From Catajapyx aquilonaris (taxonomy: Eukaryota): a DNA stretch of 43,490 nt. The notes under the pieces are model-generated. The model had not been told where the DNA came from. It saw only the letters and a list, made by a program, of their open reading frames with translations, and made no database searches. The position numbers were made by a program, and so were the translations under genes. Numbering within the stretch: position 1 is the first letter of the stretch; every line of letters begins with the position of its first letter. Below are positions 21,906 through 35,060 of the stretch, piece by piece. The stretch is from NCBI GenBank assembly GCA_000934665.2, contig JYFJ02003329.1:1-43490 (forward strand). The letters are read 5' to 3'.

Positions 21906-24900
21906 GCATAAAATTCTGTAGAGAAAGGAAGGCGGCGGCTCGTTCGGGAGAAAAAAATTTACCCCGGTTTTTCGAGCCCGTTACAAAAATGGCAGCCGCA
22001 TAGGAGGTAACCACCACGCCTCTGTAATAGTAAAAAAAATTATTCATTTGGCACGCACAATTTTGAGGCATTATCACAAAGGACAGGAAACAGGTGCCGC
22101 ACTTAACTCAATGTGCGTTGCAGCCTGTACGTCGCTTTAACACAATTAAACAGACCGGGCAAACAGTGTTGCCTACCCGTCAGGATGGATTGCTCCCGAT
22201 TTCACGGGGGTGCTCTCTAATAGCTTGCTCAAGTGACGGTGGCCAAGTCCCCTGTCGGCATCTGCCTTTTTTTTTTTGTACAACCCCCCCTTGATTTTCG
22301 TGGTAGAGCAAAGCCCCGTATTTCCGGCCAGTTTTTGTTCTCGAGTCCGACCGAGGTCGATCTGCAGGTAATTGCTTCAAAAGATGGCGCTAGTATAGAG
22401 TAGACACACTAGTGGGCAAAATGTGAACTTGTGTAATAATTAAGAGTCTTGAAGTGATAAAAATGGGCGTATCAGAGTCTCTCTGAACTACGTCCATATA
22501 AAAGGAGGCCCGAAATTTCCTTATCCGGCTCTTCCTTGCGGGCGACAGTTGGATAGATGATCCGCCAACTCACCCCCTCCCCACCCCCCTCAAAATGATT
22601 TCCTCCACATCTGCACGTTTTTGAAAGGGATTTCTTTTGCCAGGGAATCCAATAATATTCTCTCCGTCGGCGGGACCAGCTCTCTTCTTTGCCTCTCATC
22701 CTCATGAAGTCCCCTTTCTGCCGGACGTGGGTGGCACAGTGGGTGGGTGGGTGGCTAGACCAACAGCCCCTAGGCTCCCCCCCCCCCCCCCTCCTCTTCT
22801 GAAGACGAAAAAACTTCCCTTGGAAATTGAAACCGCCACCCCGTACTTTCGATAACCTTAAGAAGGCCCCGTCCGCCGGACTCCTTTCCCTATTCAAAAC
22901 CGATGCGCAAACTTAATTGAATTTTAAAATCCATTCTGGCTGCTGCTACAGACCGACCACCAAAAGCGGGATTGAAACCATGTTAATTTCAACATTTTTT
23001 GAGCTTCTTTGCACCGACGCAACAATGTCTTATGGGAGTTGTTGGTTCCGAGCAAGAAGAATGCCGTGGACAGAAGCCATTTGCCGAGCCCCTCCCTTGC
23101 CGCCGGTCACTTGAGGCTACTTTGTCCCCGTCCTCACATAAAATCCAATTAAAGGTGTCGATTGTGAGCGTGGCACCAACGGCGATGGGACTCTGAAGGC
23201 GACCATCATGAGGCAGCATCCCCAAAGGGACCTGCGATCCTACCTCGCTTCTAGCTGGCCGATCATATAGGGCGGGTTTTCTCATGCAAGTTTCATTTGG
23301 GGGCGACCTTACGTCGCACTTTGTGGTGCGCAATACCGGTATGAATTATTCAAATCGTGATCACTTTTTGCACTGCAAACAGATGTCATGGTTTCCACGG
23401 CCACTTTTTCACGATTCAGATGAAATTGGGCTGTTTACCTGTTCAAGGTGTGTGTTTACGTCCCCGAGGTGGGTGTATTACGTGGCAATGACTAATTACC
23501 GTGCGGACTCAAAGGATTACGCAAACTGTCGGAATTATTCATGGCAAAACCCACCCGTGCTGTATAGTAGATACCGAAAGGGCGTTTCGCAAAAAAGCAA
23601 CACTTGGCCGCGTGTATCAGATCGCGGCACAATACGCATCGGGGGGGAAATTATCCCAAATGACCCTAATTACCCATAAGCTAATTTACAACTTAATACA
23701 CCCATTAGGCAGGTCCTAGAAAAAAATAGCTCCGCAATCGATGGCAACCAACCGGGTTGCTTATATCGGAAAGATCGATCGGCCAAAGTCGGCTCCTACA
23801 CAATCGGCAATCTATTTGCCGAATGAATTATTCCCCAGCTTAATTAATACCACCGCAATGACATACGCTGTGCGTATATAGCCCTCTAGGAAATTCGGGC
23901 TTGTTCACCTGTATACAGATTCGGTACCCAGATAGGGCTTTACATGCTTTGCAATCCCCCCTTTTCCTAGTTCCTTTGTGTATGTGAGTGTGCGCACCAC
24001 ACGTGATTTTTTTATATTCCTACCCTTAGTTCCGATCGAAATAATTAGGGTTAATTATCAGTGTGGGTCGGGTTTGCAAGTGACACGCACTGCAATCAAA
24101 AGGTCATGTGCAGCCACTTACCGGTCGGAACCCCCATTATTCATTCAAATTAATGACGTCGATTGCTTTTAGCAGTAGTAATTTCAGGACAGTCCCATAC
24201 GCATATGCGTTTACCTCGCATATTGTCACCGGTAACTGATTGGCCCAAAAAATTGAGCAACGCCCCCGTAATTTCGGTTCAAAAACTGCAGTCGATAGGG
24301 GCATAGGGTGTTTATAAATAAGTAAGTTTCCACGGGGGCGATTAACGTCCGGAAGACCGTACAACACAAGGCCGCTGTCCGAATGCACACAGGTCTCCCC
24401 CTCGATTGAAAGATACGCGCTCTTTGGATCCATGAATATGGAACGACTCCAGGAAGTTTCAATTTGCATGAGATATGAAGGGTCCATCTATGTTTCCGGT
24501 CCCATGCCTTTAATCGCTGTCTCCCCGCAATCCATTACGCCCTAAGACTAGCGCTATCCTAGAAAAAAGCCAAGGGCTGATGAAACATTCACGCGACACG
24601 CACTCTCCGTGTGATTCCGGCCCTTTTTTTCCATACATGTACCGTATCATCTCTATGGACGCAATTAGACGTGAGTGCTCCGTTTTCCTTTTTCTTTACG
24701 CACATCACCCCTCCAGGCCTGCTTGGCGTCAGCCTTGCCCAGAAAGACAAACATTTCCCAGAGTCAGCTTGTAACAGACTGAAATTTGCTCGTCAAATTA
24801 CTGCTCGGGAAAGAAGGAAACGCATAATTATGCCCAAAGCCCCCCCTAAAATGTTCCTCTGTTTATCAGGACCTTACCCGTCCAAAAAAAAAACACGAAA

Positions 24901-25163
24901 ACCCGCCGCATTAGATACGACCGATTCGCACTACTCAGCCTGTAATTGGCACGTATTGATTCCAATAATAGCGGGTATTTATTTTCCAGGACCGTGCGAG
25001 CATATGCATTCGTAATTGATCCCGGAAAAGGTGACAACAATCCGGCGTTAAGTCCCCGCAACCTCTAGAAATCTCTTCGGCTTTTCCCCCAGTCCTGTAG
25101 ACTTAATTACCCCTCTTCCCAAGCTGAGACTATCGGATATTGGTCTTTGCTAGAGGGGAGATA

Positions 25164-25278
25164 GGGGAATTCCCGCCGCTCTTAACACGTGTTACCAGGC
25201 GCCAGAGTAAACGGACAAGATCAAACACGCCGGAACAAGATGGCGACACAGTTTAAAAACCAATGTGTAGATGGCGCT
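25164..25278. promoter_or_regulatory. Dense TF-motif cluster (kappaB, E-box, ETS, YY1, CCAAT, CTCF-like)
   Basis: GGGAATTCCC 25165-25174, CACGTG ~25186, CCGGAA 25230-25235, CAAGATGGCG 25236-25245, CCAAT ~25260, AGATGGCGCT 25269-25278. Confidence 0.4.
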
Positions 25279-28200
25279 GTTTGAAAAATATTCTCTGTAT
25301 ATGTAGTTTTTCAAAAAAAATCAATTGGAGGCCCTGAAGTATCCATAGGCACAGAGGAACTCGGGCAATGTTTATTCTGCGGCTGCGAGAGGGAAAAAGG
25401 AACTGGGCAAAAAAATGAAGGATTCAGGGCCCGGGACATGAAATTTACATCCCGTGTGGGCCCTGGGGACAAGTGCCAAGGGGGAAAGAATGGACTCCGG
25501 GCTTCGAGAGGCAACTCCTCCCCCTCCCTCCCCCTCTCCCTACCCAAGCTAGCAACATATATCGAATAAAGAAATCGCAGGCAACTCGCATGATGAGTGG
25601 ATTCGTGTTGACTCAACATAACGTCTCGTTACCTGAGTTGGAAAGAGAGTTGGCTCCGTCCCATTTCCCATAGCAGAATAAACACCAATGATTGCCAAGT
25701 CTACCATGCTTTTCTATCCCAAGCACTATTACGTCGATCTGATTGATACAAGTTTCACACAATTTTTTTTCCCTCCATCTAGTTAACCTTAAACTCATCT
25801 CGTATCCCACGTCCCTAATGAAACTTTTAATTGGTTGCGAGGAGCGTTCAGATATCTCCCCCCCTCACTTGCCTTTCACCCTAGACCAATTCTTCCTCCC
25901 CAAAAAACACAACACCCTCGTCATCCTCCCAACTCTCCCGTTACGAGCAAAAGCCCGTAATTTTAACATTGGAGCCCCCTTCTTTTTTTTCATCCTCCCC
26001 TCCTGTGGAAAAAATACGGGGGGAGATGGTGGGTAGGGGTTGGAACACTAGGGAACACTAAAGCTTCGTGATTCATTCGGCTAACTCTCTAGGATTCTGC
26101 GCATTTTGACCTTCCCCTGCATCCCCCCCTCAGAAAGAAAGAAAAAAAAAGTCGGCAATTTTTTCTCATCTCCCAACATGGTATATGCAGGAACATGCAC
26201 ATTGTTGAAATTTCTACCTGCAAATTCACTATAACATAAAACAGGCACGAAAAACTATCCCTCCAATGATGAATATGCAAGATCGTGTCACTTGGGGGGA
26301 GAAATCCCGCTTCCATAAATAACTTACCGATAGTAATTGTGAATCGGTGACAAAAGCTTTGTCCCCTTTTTGAATTATCAGCTCCCTAAAAAAAATTTCA
26401 TATATAAAAAAAGTAATGAGCGGCTGACTTTTGTCTGCAGCTGCAGCTTTCCGCTTAATGCGCTCCATAAATCTCCTCCCAGAACTCCTAGGCTTTTCTT
26501 ATAGTCGCACACAACACCCTCCTTGGGCAATTTCCACCACCACTTGGCGCTATCAATTAAATCCACCCCAATTAATATCCACCCTCCAGTTATGGCACCC
26601 ACAAACATTCCCCAGAATTTTCTTACGGTTCTAAAGATAGCCATGTCCAGCTTTGAGGACAATTTTCCACCATTTTTTATATACCTAAAAAAAGAAAAGG
26701 AGAGGATGCTGCCCCATCCCAATGCACAAGCCTTTCACATATTAATCACCCCTCCACCCCCCCTGACAAAAGCCCTTCCCGTCCTCCCGATTCTTTACAA
26801 CGAAACCCATTTCCACAGTGCCTAAGAACAAAATTTATCACAAAATATGGAAACAAGCGGAAGTGGGCATGATTCATGGGTAATTACTCGGCATGGGGCC
26901 CTCCGCAGTTCCAAGGGGCTACGTCACAAATAAATGCCTAATTGTTCGGGGACGCTGAGTTACGGCCACAGGATAAGGGGAATGGAGAGAAAGAAGAAAA
27001 GACAGGGAGAAAAAAAAAGGAGAAAGAGAATAGAGACTAGTACAAAAAAAAACTGGAATGGCACAGCTAAGAGTATCCCTCTTGCAAAACCATTGAAAAT
27101 GTCATTTCAATTTACCTGTAAAAACGTTACCGGAGCGTGTTGCAATTACCTCATTTCAATACAAACAGCTGTACTGCTAATAAAACTAGGCTGTAAACCT
27201 TGAGGCGAAAGAAAAAAAAAAGAATCTTGATAATTTATCTGGCCATAAAGCCTGGTCGTGAATAATGAACAAGGAATGGATATGACCCTCAAAGGCTCGC
27301 GTTCATCCTGTACATTCAGGCAACCATTCAACCCTCTTGGTACATCGGATATCCTACCTTGCAGGGGCTAAATACCAACTTACATTACTCCATAATACAT
27401 TTAATCTTTATTTAGATTTTTTAATTTAAAAAAATATCAATTCACTGCTCTTCTTTATATTACTGAAAAATAATAACGATTTTTTTGGAGCTCACTTATT
27501 TGCTACAGCAATCAGAAAAGTCTCAAACTAATATTAATTAGGCTTGCAACAGGTACGCGGAGTTTGAGATGAAAATCGCCATGACGACGCAAGCATATAG
27601 TCCAACGAAAGTGGCTTAGAGACTCCAGACAGAAAAATAATCCAGTAATTGATCCGTTAGTCTCGACTTCGCAATTAGCAAATCCGAAGTCTGTGAGACA
27701 AATTGAGGCAGACGCGCATTAGAAGAACCGAGAAACAATGTTATTTCCCTCTGGCAAAAAAAAAAAATCAACGGGAAAATGCCAAAAGCTGCGAATGCCT
27801 CCCCAAAAAGCCTGTCCTCCTAATCAAACTGTTTGTCCCATCCCCAGGACCGTCAACTCCCCCCTAAAAAACACGTCCACCCTTTTTGGGAGCATAAATG
27901 AAAGACAACAACAAGGCAGAGCAACAGCATGATGTGTGTCACCAAGCCCTTCCGCCAATTACATTACTTAGCTCCGGGTCTGTCCGATTTGTCCAGAGCA
28001 GAAAAGCTTGTTATCGTAAGAAGTGTTTGTCATCTTTCCTGTTGGCGACAACCGGACATCATCTAATCAGCCAGTGCATACCAATACATGCAAATTGTCC
28101 CATGCTGATCCTGCATAGGCAATACAACCAGAGTGAAGATATGGAGTATAATTACACCGGTTTTTTTTATGTGTGTTTCCTGTCCCCGGTACCATGCAGA

Positions 28201-31200
28201 TCGAAAGCCCTCCCCCATCCAATGACGCACGTGGGAAGCCTGAAGACGGCATCATCAATTTGGTCGTCCCTGGAACTCCCCGGTCACACAGATTAGTTGC
28301 GAAATGAAAATGCCGTTTACTGCAGATGTGTCAATTTTCCCCACGGCAATAGGGTCTGCTGAGCTCTGCCGATGGAGACAGGGGGGGAAGGGGACATTGT
28401 CCTGCCCTTAAATTTTCAAAATGCCCCTCGTAAAATTTTCCACGAGATACAGGGGCAGAGGCTATTGCCTCGCTTCCATCGGCATGCCCAAGAAATGAAA
28501 ATGCCCCTACTATATTTTTTTGCGTCCTGACACCAGCAGCCAAAGGCGATTGGCCACGTCGTTGACGGCTGCCCGAATAAATGAAGGATGAACGAGCGTC
28601 TCCGGGGCCTGAATACCCGACTCGTATTTTCATCTCCTTCATTTCATTACATGAAGGAGACGACCATCCGGGGCAATCAGAAACTTAAGATGTCAAAAAA
28701 TCCGGGGCCTAATCCTTAAAAAGATTAACTCCCACAAAGAGCAACCGCAGGCAACAACACTCACCTGGCACAAAAAAATTGGTACCTCCATCTCTTTGTG
28801 GTGGTTATGCAAATATACCTCCCCCCATAACACCACATCCACGTGCTGATAAAAGGGGGAAGAAAAAGAAGGGAGAAAAAAAAAAGATAGGCACGAGCCC
28901 TTTAGGCATGCAAATTGGGGCCACATACCCACGTGCTTATGCCAAATATTTAGCGCCATTTCAAATCTATGCACTGGGACTTTTTCCCAAACATGCTTGA
29001 TGGGGGGAAAAGTTGAAATTGAATTCTAGGAATATATTTGCGCTCGTGTTAATAGATTCCAATCCCAGGGGGTGAGCAGGGTATCTTTCCTCCTATTGAT
29101 TGCTGCTGGAGGGGAGAGAAAAAAATTATTCCTCCCTCCCACATCTCTTAATGAAGTCTGACGTTAAATCTGAACTGTTTGAAAAGTAAGATGAAACTTT
29201 TTTTTTCCCTCCAAAAAAAAATTCCCCCCTGTTCTCCAGTTCTGAGGCTAGGGTTGCTGTCAACGCCCGCAAACCGCATTCTTCCTCTGCGAAACCCAAC
29301 GCAACTGGGAACAATAGCTGCGATCCACAACAACGATGTACGTCCACCTGAGGCTGACCATCTCCCACTTCCCCCGCCAAAAAAAAAGAAGTGTAGTTTC
29401 CGTGTGCATCAGGAAAGGACAAGTCATGGCTAACATCCCCATTCGGAGCGCATTCGGCTCGCAGGACACGATCCTCGATGGTCATCTCGAGCCCCGATGC
29501 TGCCTGCTCTCCATTACCAGCCCGAATTAATAATCCAAGGCATTAGCTCATCATGCATGTGCGCTGCCATCCCAACCGACCGGTCATTTCCGACCTGGCC
29601 TCTCTTGAGACCACTTTTGCCCTCCGAAACACTGACGTCAGCCGCGTAATGAAGAAGTACAGCCCATCAATATTGCACTTCTTTCATAACAGGGAATGAC
29701 TGAGGGTGTGAAAACTTCCCCTACTTATTATTTTTTCGCCAGCATCCCTCCGACACCCCTCCCAAACTTGTTCAATGGTGTTATCCCCCATTTTTCAACT
29801 CCGATTTTATTTTTTTCCCCCCCAAAAAAAATCTCCCCTCCACCCCTAAAAAAAAGTAGTGGCCATAATTATGATAGATCTTAGATGGCGTTAGAAGGGG
29901 AGGTGGCTGGAGGGAAGGCGTCGTTTTGTTTCATCGACCCGACACGGTCATTGCACACTAACGACTGCAGGCCGTGACGCGGCCGACGCCTATAGAATTC
30001 GGGAGCCATGCCTAACCCCCGTCTAAATGCGCGACTCCACTAAATCATTACAGGGAGCCAAGGAGGAAATAAAAATATCGACTCCTAAGGCAAGCACTTC
30101 TGCTTTTTGTGTTTGCCTGGTTTTTGGTACTGGCAACCGAGCCACTAAAACACATCAGTGGCAGCCTGCGTCCCCCCTCTGTGACAAGTTGGCCCTCTGA
30201 ATAGCTCCTGCTTGTATCCTATTGCTCCCCGCCAAAAAATGGGTCTTCTCATTGGCGACGTGTGGAACGTCTTGCAAGCAGATTTGATTTCTTGGGGTGC
30301 GATTTACTGCCTCAGACGTTGGTCTTCCCGGAAGTTAAAACTGCCACCATCTTTTCCTTCATATTACGTATTCTCGAGGGGGCACCAAGCACCCTGGGTA
30401 GTTAGCACATGTTTAGTTTCGCCTCGTGTTTGCTGTAGGATCGGAGCAGCTGGGGTCTCCAAGGAAAAAGCCGGCTCAGGTGAGATGGCGAATTGAAAAG
30501 AAGGAGGGGACGACATTCATTTGGGAAAAGTGACAAGCTGTGGCTCAGACAATACCGAGTACTGGCTGGGCTCTTTTTTTTTCTTCTCTTTCTCCGGCTG
30601 CGGACTCCCACCTAAGCAAGCTTCCCAAACAGGTTTGTCTTAATGACTGGAGATCCGTCTTAAGAATGCGACGTGCCGGTTCAAAAACCTGTCGAGATCC
30701 CGGAGAGAAAGAAAGAGAGGCGAGCTGGAGGAAATCGCGCCCTGAGAAAATGAATAATGGGCGCTGGCTTGAGGTCCCCTAATGGACACGGCCGCTTTTG
30801 TACACACCTTGACAGTCTATAAGTGATGGAGCTGGGTGCGCAACTATTGGAAACTCCCACGGAAAAAAATTATATATATCCGGACCATAGGGGTGAAGGG
30901 GGACACTTTTTGGACAGAAAACTCCTCCTCCCTGGTGCAGGACACTCATAATGCCATTAATGAAGCAAATCTGGGCTGAGTTTCTTTTCAGTGTCTGAAG
31001 GTGGGGTGAGTGAATGCAGCCCCACACCGAGACCGGACCTTTGTCCTGAGGAGGAACCCCAAAAGCTTTGGCCCACAAAGGCTCCAAAAAGACCCCATCC
31101 AGGTGAAGCCCAAGGATCCGCTTCCGACCAGAAACAAGCCTCCGTGGTAATTATTTATGTGTGAAATAGTTGCCACGTTGCCAACTAGTGTCACGATTTA

Positions 31201-34200
31201 TGCAAACGAGGTCAGGGCGTCGTCTAGCAAAAATCCGAGGCAAACTTTTCCCTATTCCCTAAATAAAAGAAAATGCCGTTGCCCTAACCGACTTTCCCCT
31301 TCCCTCATATCCTCATATCGACTTTTTTTTCCCCCTTCCCCAACAGAGGTCATGAGTAATCAATAAGTGCTTCTTCAGCTCCCAAAGACTGATGCTTCGA
31401 GGATTGCCAACCAAAAAATGTTGTGCCCCGTAATAATGGGACATGCTAAAAAAAAAAAGAGTCAGGCGAGGTGTGTTTGATGATGGGGGTTGGGATATAG
31501 GGAGGGGGTGAGAGAGACGTGACCATAGAACCCCAGGGCCTCAGACCCATTAATATTCCGCGCAGACATCGCCATCTGCATTTCCATGTGGCCCCCAACT
31601 AGTAATTAAGCGTCGCAGCGCACAAGACCCTCTGTTGACCCTAATTACCCACGGATACTTATCGCCGCCCGGGACATACAAGCCCAACCTATTCTTCACA
31701 CCTTGCTACCCGGAGACAGACGCCCCAGCAAATACCTCATTAAGGGTGCCCCAGCCTCGAAACACGCCAACAAAACCCACCCTGACCAAATTATTCATTC
31801 TCTCCACACACTCGCTCCGGACTCTCACCGATGCACTTGCAACTCGCCGACATTTTTACTGCGCCCTTGCACGCGACGCCTTCGGGCGGCACAACAATGC
31901 TCACGTAACCTGACCCACGTTGTTTCACTTACATCCTCCAGTGAGTGGAGGAAAAACGCTACCGTATTCCGCTCACGAAGAAGGCGCGTGATGCCAGCCA
32001 GGAAACAAATAAACTATTAAGGCGGGCCAGAAAAATGCACATATCATTTTTAGGTTTGGTCTGAATACCAATCGGTAGGGGGGCCCGGTACCGTATGCAC
32101 CGGAGACGGCCATAATTACTCCATCCTGCGAGTGATGTCAGCGCAAGACTGATGGATGTAGCGCGCCCTGTCGTAATTAACTACATTTCGCCCTACTTTT
32201 TAATTTCTGACTTCCCGGAAAGTCTGATGCGTCATAACCCAAGTGCCACTTGGATAAGACAACTAATGAACACCGGACAGCCTGTCAGATAAACAAAATC
32301 TGACAATTGCCCCAGTATGACCATTTTGTCCAAGCTCATTTCCACCTCCCATCTTTGAACTACCCTTAAAAAAATAGATGGTCGCTGCACCCCTCCCTAG
32401 GATCATCCAATTTCCCCATTATACCCCCAAACTCAGAATAGAGTCGCGTCGAGATGGCAGCACCCCCACTCTCTCCCTGTCGCAAAGTCCCCCCCCCCAC
32501 CCCCACCACCCCCCCCCNATTACCCCCGGACTCATCCTCGCCCCCCTCTCTTTTTTCAAATTTAAGAGAGAAGGGACCCCACCCTCCCGGTTTTTTTTTT
32601 TCGATGCGGAAGAACCCCCCTTGGACCTTTAATCTCGGAAATAAGTGCAGAGGGGGGGATAGAAAAGGGTAAGTCACGAGGCGTCCAAAGTCCGTCTCAT
32701 GCAAATGGTAAAGTAACGGCCGTCCAATTCCATCATCGAAAAAGCATTGGACGCTACAAAACACACAAAATCCTTCTTTGTCCACCCCAAAAATCCTGTC
32801 ACCTTTGATTTCTTTCCGGCACTATAAGTCACCCGAATGTATAACTCACCCAGTACATAATGAGTTAAAACGTCTGTCCACTGCAGACCAAACCGAAAAA
32901 AAAGTGTAATTTTTACGAGCAGTGATGGAGAAAAACCCACCTTCTGCCAACGAAAGCTTCCGGGGCTCCCCCAAAAAACTGTAGCCTATTATCAACAGCC
33001 AATGGTCATTCTGATCCATAAGATCGAGCCACCAGCATCTCCAGTCTCCCTTTTTTTCCGGGGTTTTTCTTCCTTCCCGAGGTCCCCACCCCGGTAATCC
33101 CATATTCTCGAAGGTGCATACTTCACAGGTCTGCAATAAAGGCCTTCAGAGCGAGAAAAAATTGACCTGTCAGTCACAAGAAAATGTTGAGACGATTCTT
33201 CATTTCATGCTCCGCCAGCTCGACCGGGGGACGGGTAATAGAACCGCGCCACTGCCCGGATTTTTCCTTCATCTCCACCTTTTACCCTCATCGTAGGATT
33301 ACCATCTTCCCTATCCGGAGAAGGAATATTTTGAGCGCAATCATCTGCATTGTCACAACCATCATATGTACGCTTTGCTTTTTTTTTTTAAAAAAAAGGG
33401 AGCTTTCCTGAAAATCGTTGGCACAAAAATAATGAAGCAGAAACAGAACAAGGTCCGTCTTTCATGGTGCCAGAGGCACCTGCCACCGGCCCCACGACGA
33501 ACGACGACGACGACTTTGTTCTACTCCTCCTTCTCTGATTGGACAATCAAAAATTTTTTTCTTTTTTTTCTTGCCCTCTCCCTCCGTCTGCAGCACACAC
33601 GGAAGATTTCACTCGCAGACGCTCCAAGCTCCTTTTAAAACTTTATATATATTTTTTCCACTGCTGCCGAAAATGTCACTCCATGTCCAAACTGTTCAAT
33701 TAAATGCCAGTACAGGGTGTTCCAACATTTTGGCTCGCAAATTATTATTTTTTTTCATCCTCCTCTGTTTGCGGAATGATTTCCGGACAGAATCTCGCAA
33801 CATCAAAAATGGTCGGTTACAAAAAGGAGGGCGGATACACTCATTGGGACCTTCCTACATCCCGAATTGCGCCTTTTTTGTGTGCGCGGTTTCATTATGT
33901 TACATTTTTTTCAAACGCTCTTTTTTTCCGGGACATGACCGGGAACAGTGAGAGTGGCACAAATCGCATGATGCGCACGAAACAAAACTAGTGGCGGTAA
34001 AAAGGGTTGAAACGGAAGGGCGGGGATGTCCATTAGAAGTCCCTTATATAAGAGCGCATATGCATGTGTGTCTTTGAAACCTCAAGCCACTTCCTACTAG
34101 CCAATTGTGGGCTCTGGTCAAGGGTGCTTTATAAATCACAAGACAAACATCAGCCCCGGTCGTACTGTCCGCATGACACGGCATTGTCGCCAGAGTCATT

Positions 34201-35021
34201 AAGCTCATATTATTGTCCCGACTCAGCATCCGGGGCGACACACACACACAATACGCTAGTGTTTCCGCAAATTTAACACCCGGTTTTTGCAAAGAGAAGC
34301 CCATCCCATCCTGGGGGTTCTGTCTTCACACAAAATTTTTGTAACCGTGGGCGTACCATTTGCACCCAACCCCCGGTTGCCTGATTACTTTCACCGATTG
34401 AACCCCAAGGATGGGGCCCTTTTTGCTGCTTCTTGTTCTCCCATAATGCTAGCCGCAGCCCAAGTCAGTCAAGCGTCGGGCCAGGCAACGTTGCCCGTTC
34501 TGGTCTCAGCGGAAAGGGAAACAATAGGAGACCCAGAAGAAAAAGAGAAGGGGGACCATGGCAGAGGTCAGATTAAGGCGCAGGGCCCATTCCCACTCAC
34601 GGACTTCCTTCCTTCCTTCCGACCCTTTTTCCAGAAAAATCACTATTTATCGGCATGCATTCGGATTATCCTTCCCTTCAAAGGAGGAAAGAAAAAAAAC
34701 ACACTACTTTCCCCTACCATTAATCAATAGCATTCCGGAATAATTCGGCCCGTTTCTCCTCATGAATAAATGCAAGGATGAATATGGACGTCTAATTGCA
34801 CACCGCTGACTTATCATTTTTAATGTCCCTTCCTCCAGGTTTCGGCACGATTCTGTCGCGTTGGAAGTCAATGAACTTACTTTCTCACGGATAAACGCAT
34901 GCAAATGGACCATGCGATTTTTGTTGCAGTGGCCATCTTTTGGCGGCACTTTTCGGTACCTGGCAGCCTCCTTTGTTCTGTCTTCGTCTTTTCCCTCTAT
35001 TCCTTTTTCTTTTTTAATCCC

Positions 35022-35060
35022 TGGCGGAAATGGAATGAAACCGGTTCGAATCCCGCTCCG
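35022..35060 (+). promoter_or_regulatory. Isolated Pol III B-box with an A-box-like motif; not a complete tRNA
   Basis: GGTTCGAATCC at 35043-35053 is a perfect B-box, and TGGCGGAAATGG lies at 35022-35033. The spacing is too short and the T-stem does not pair. Confidence 0.3.

Noticed and set aside
32489..32518. C-rich tract ending in an N
   Set aside because: Ambiguous base in a homopolymer, probably a sequencing or assembly limit; run lengths here are unreliable.
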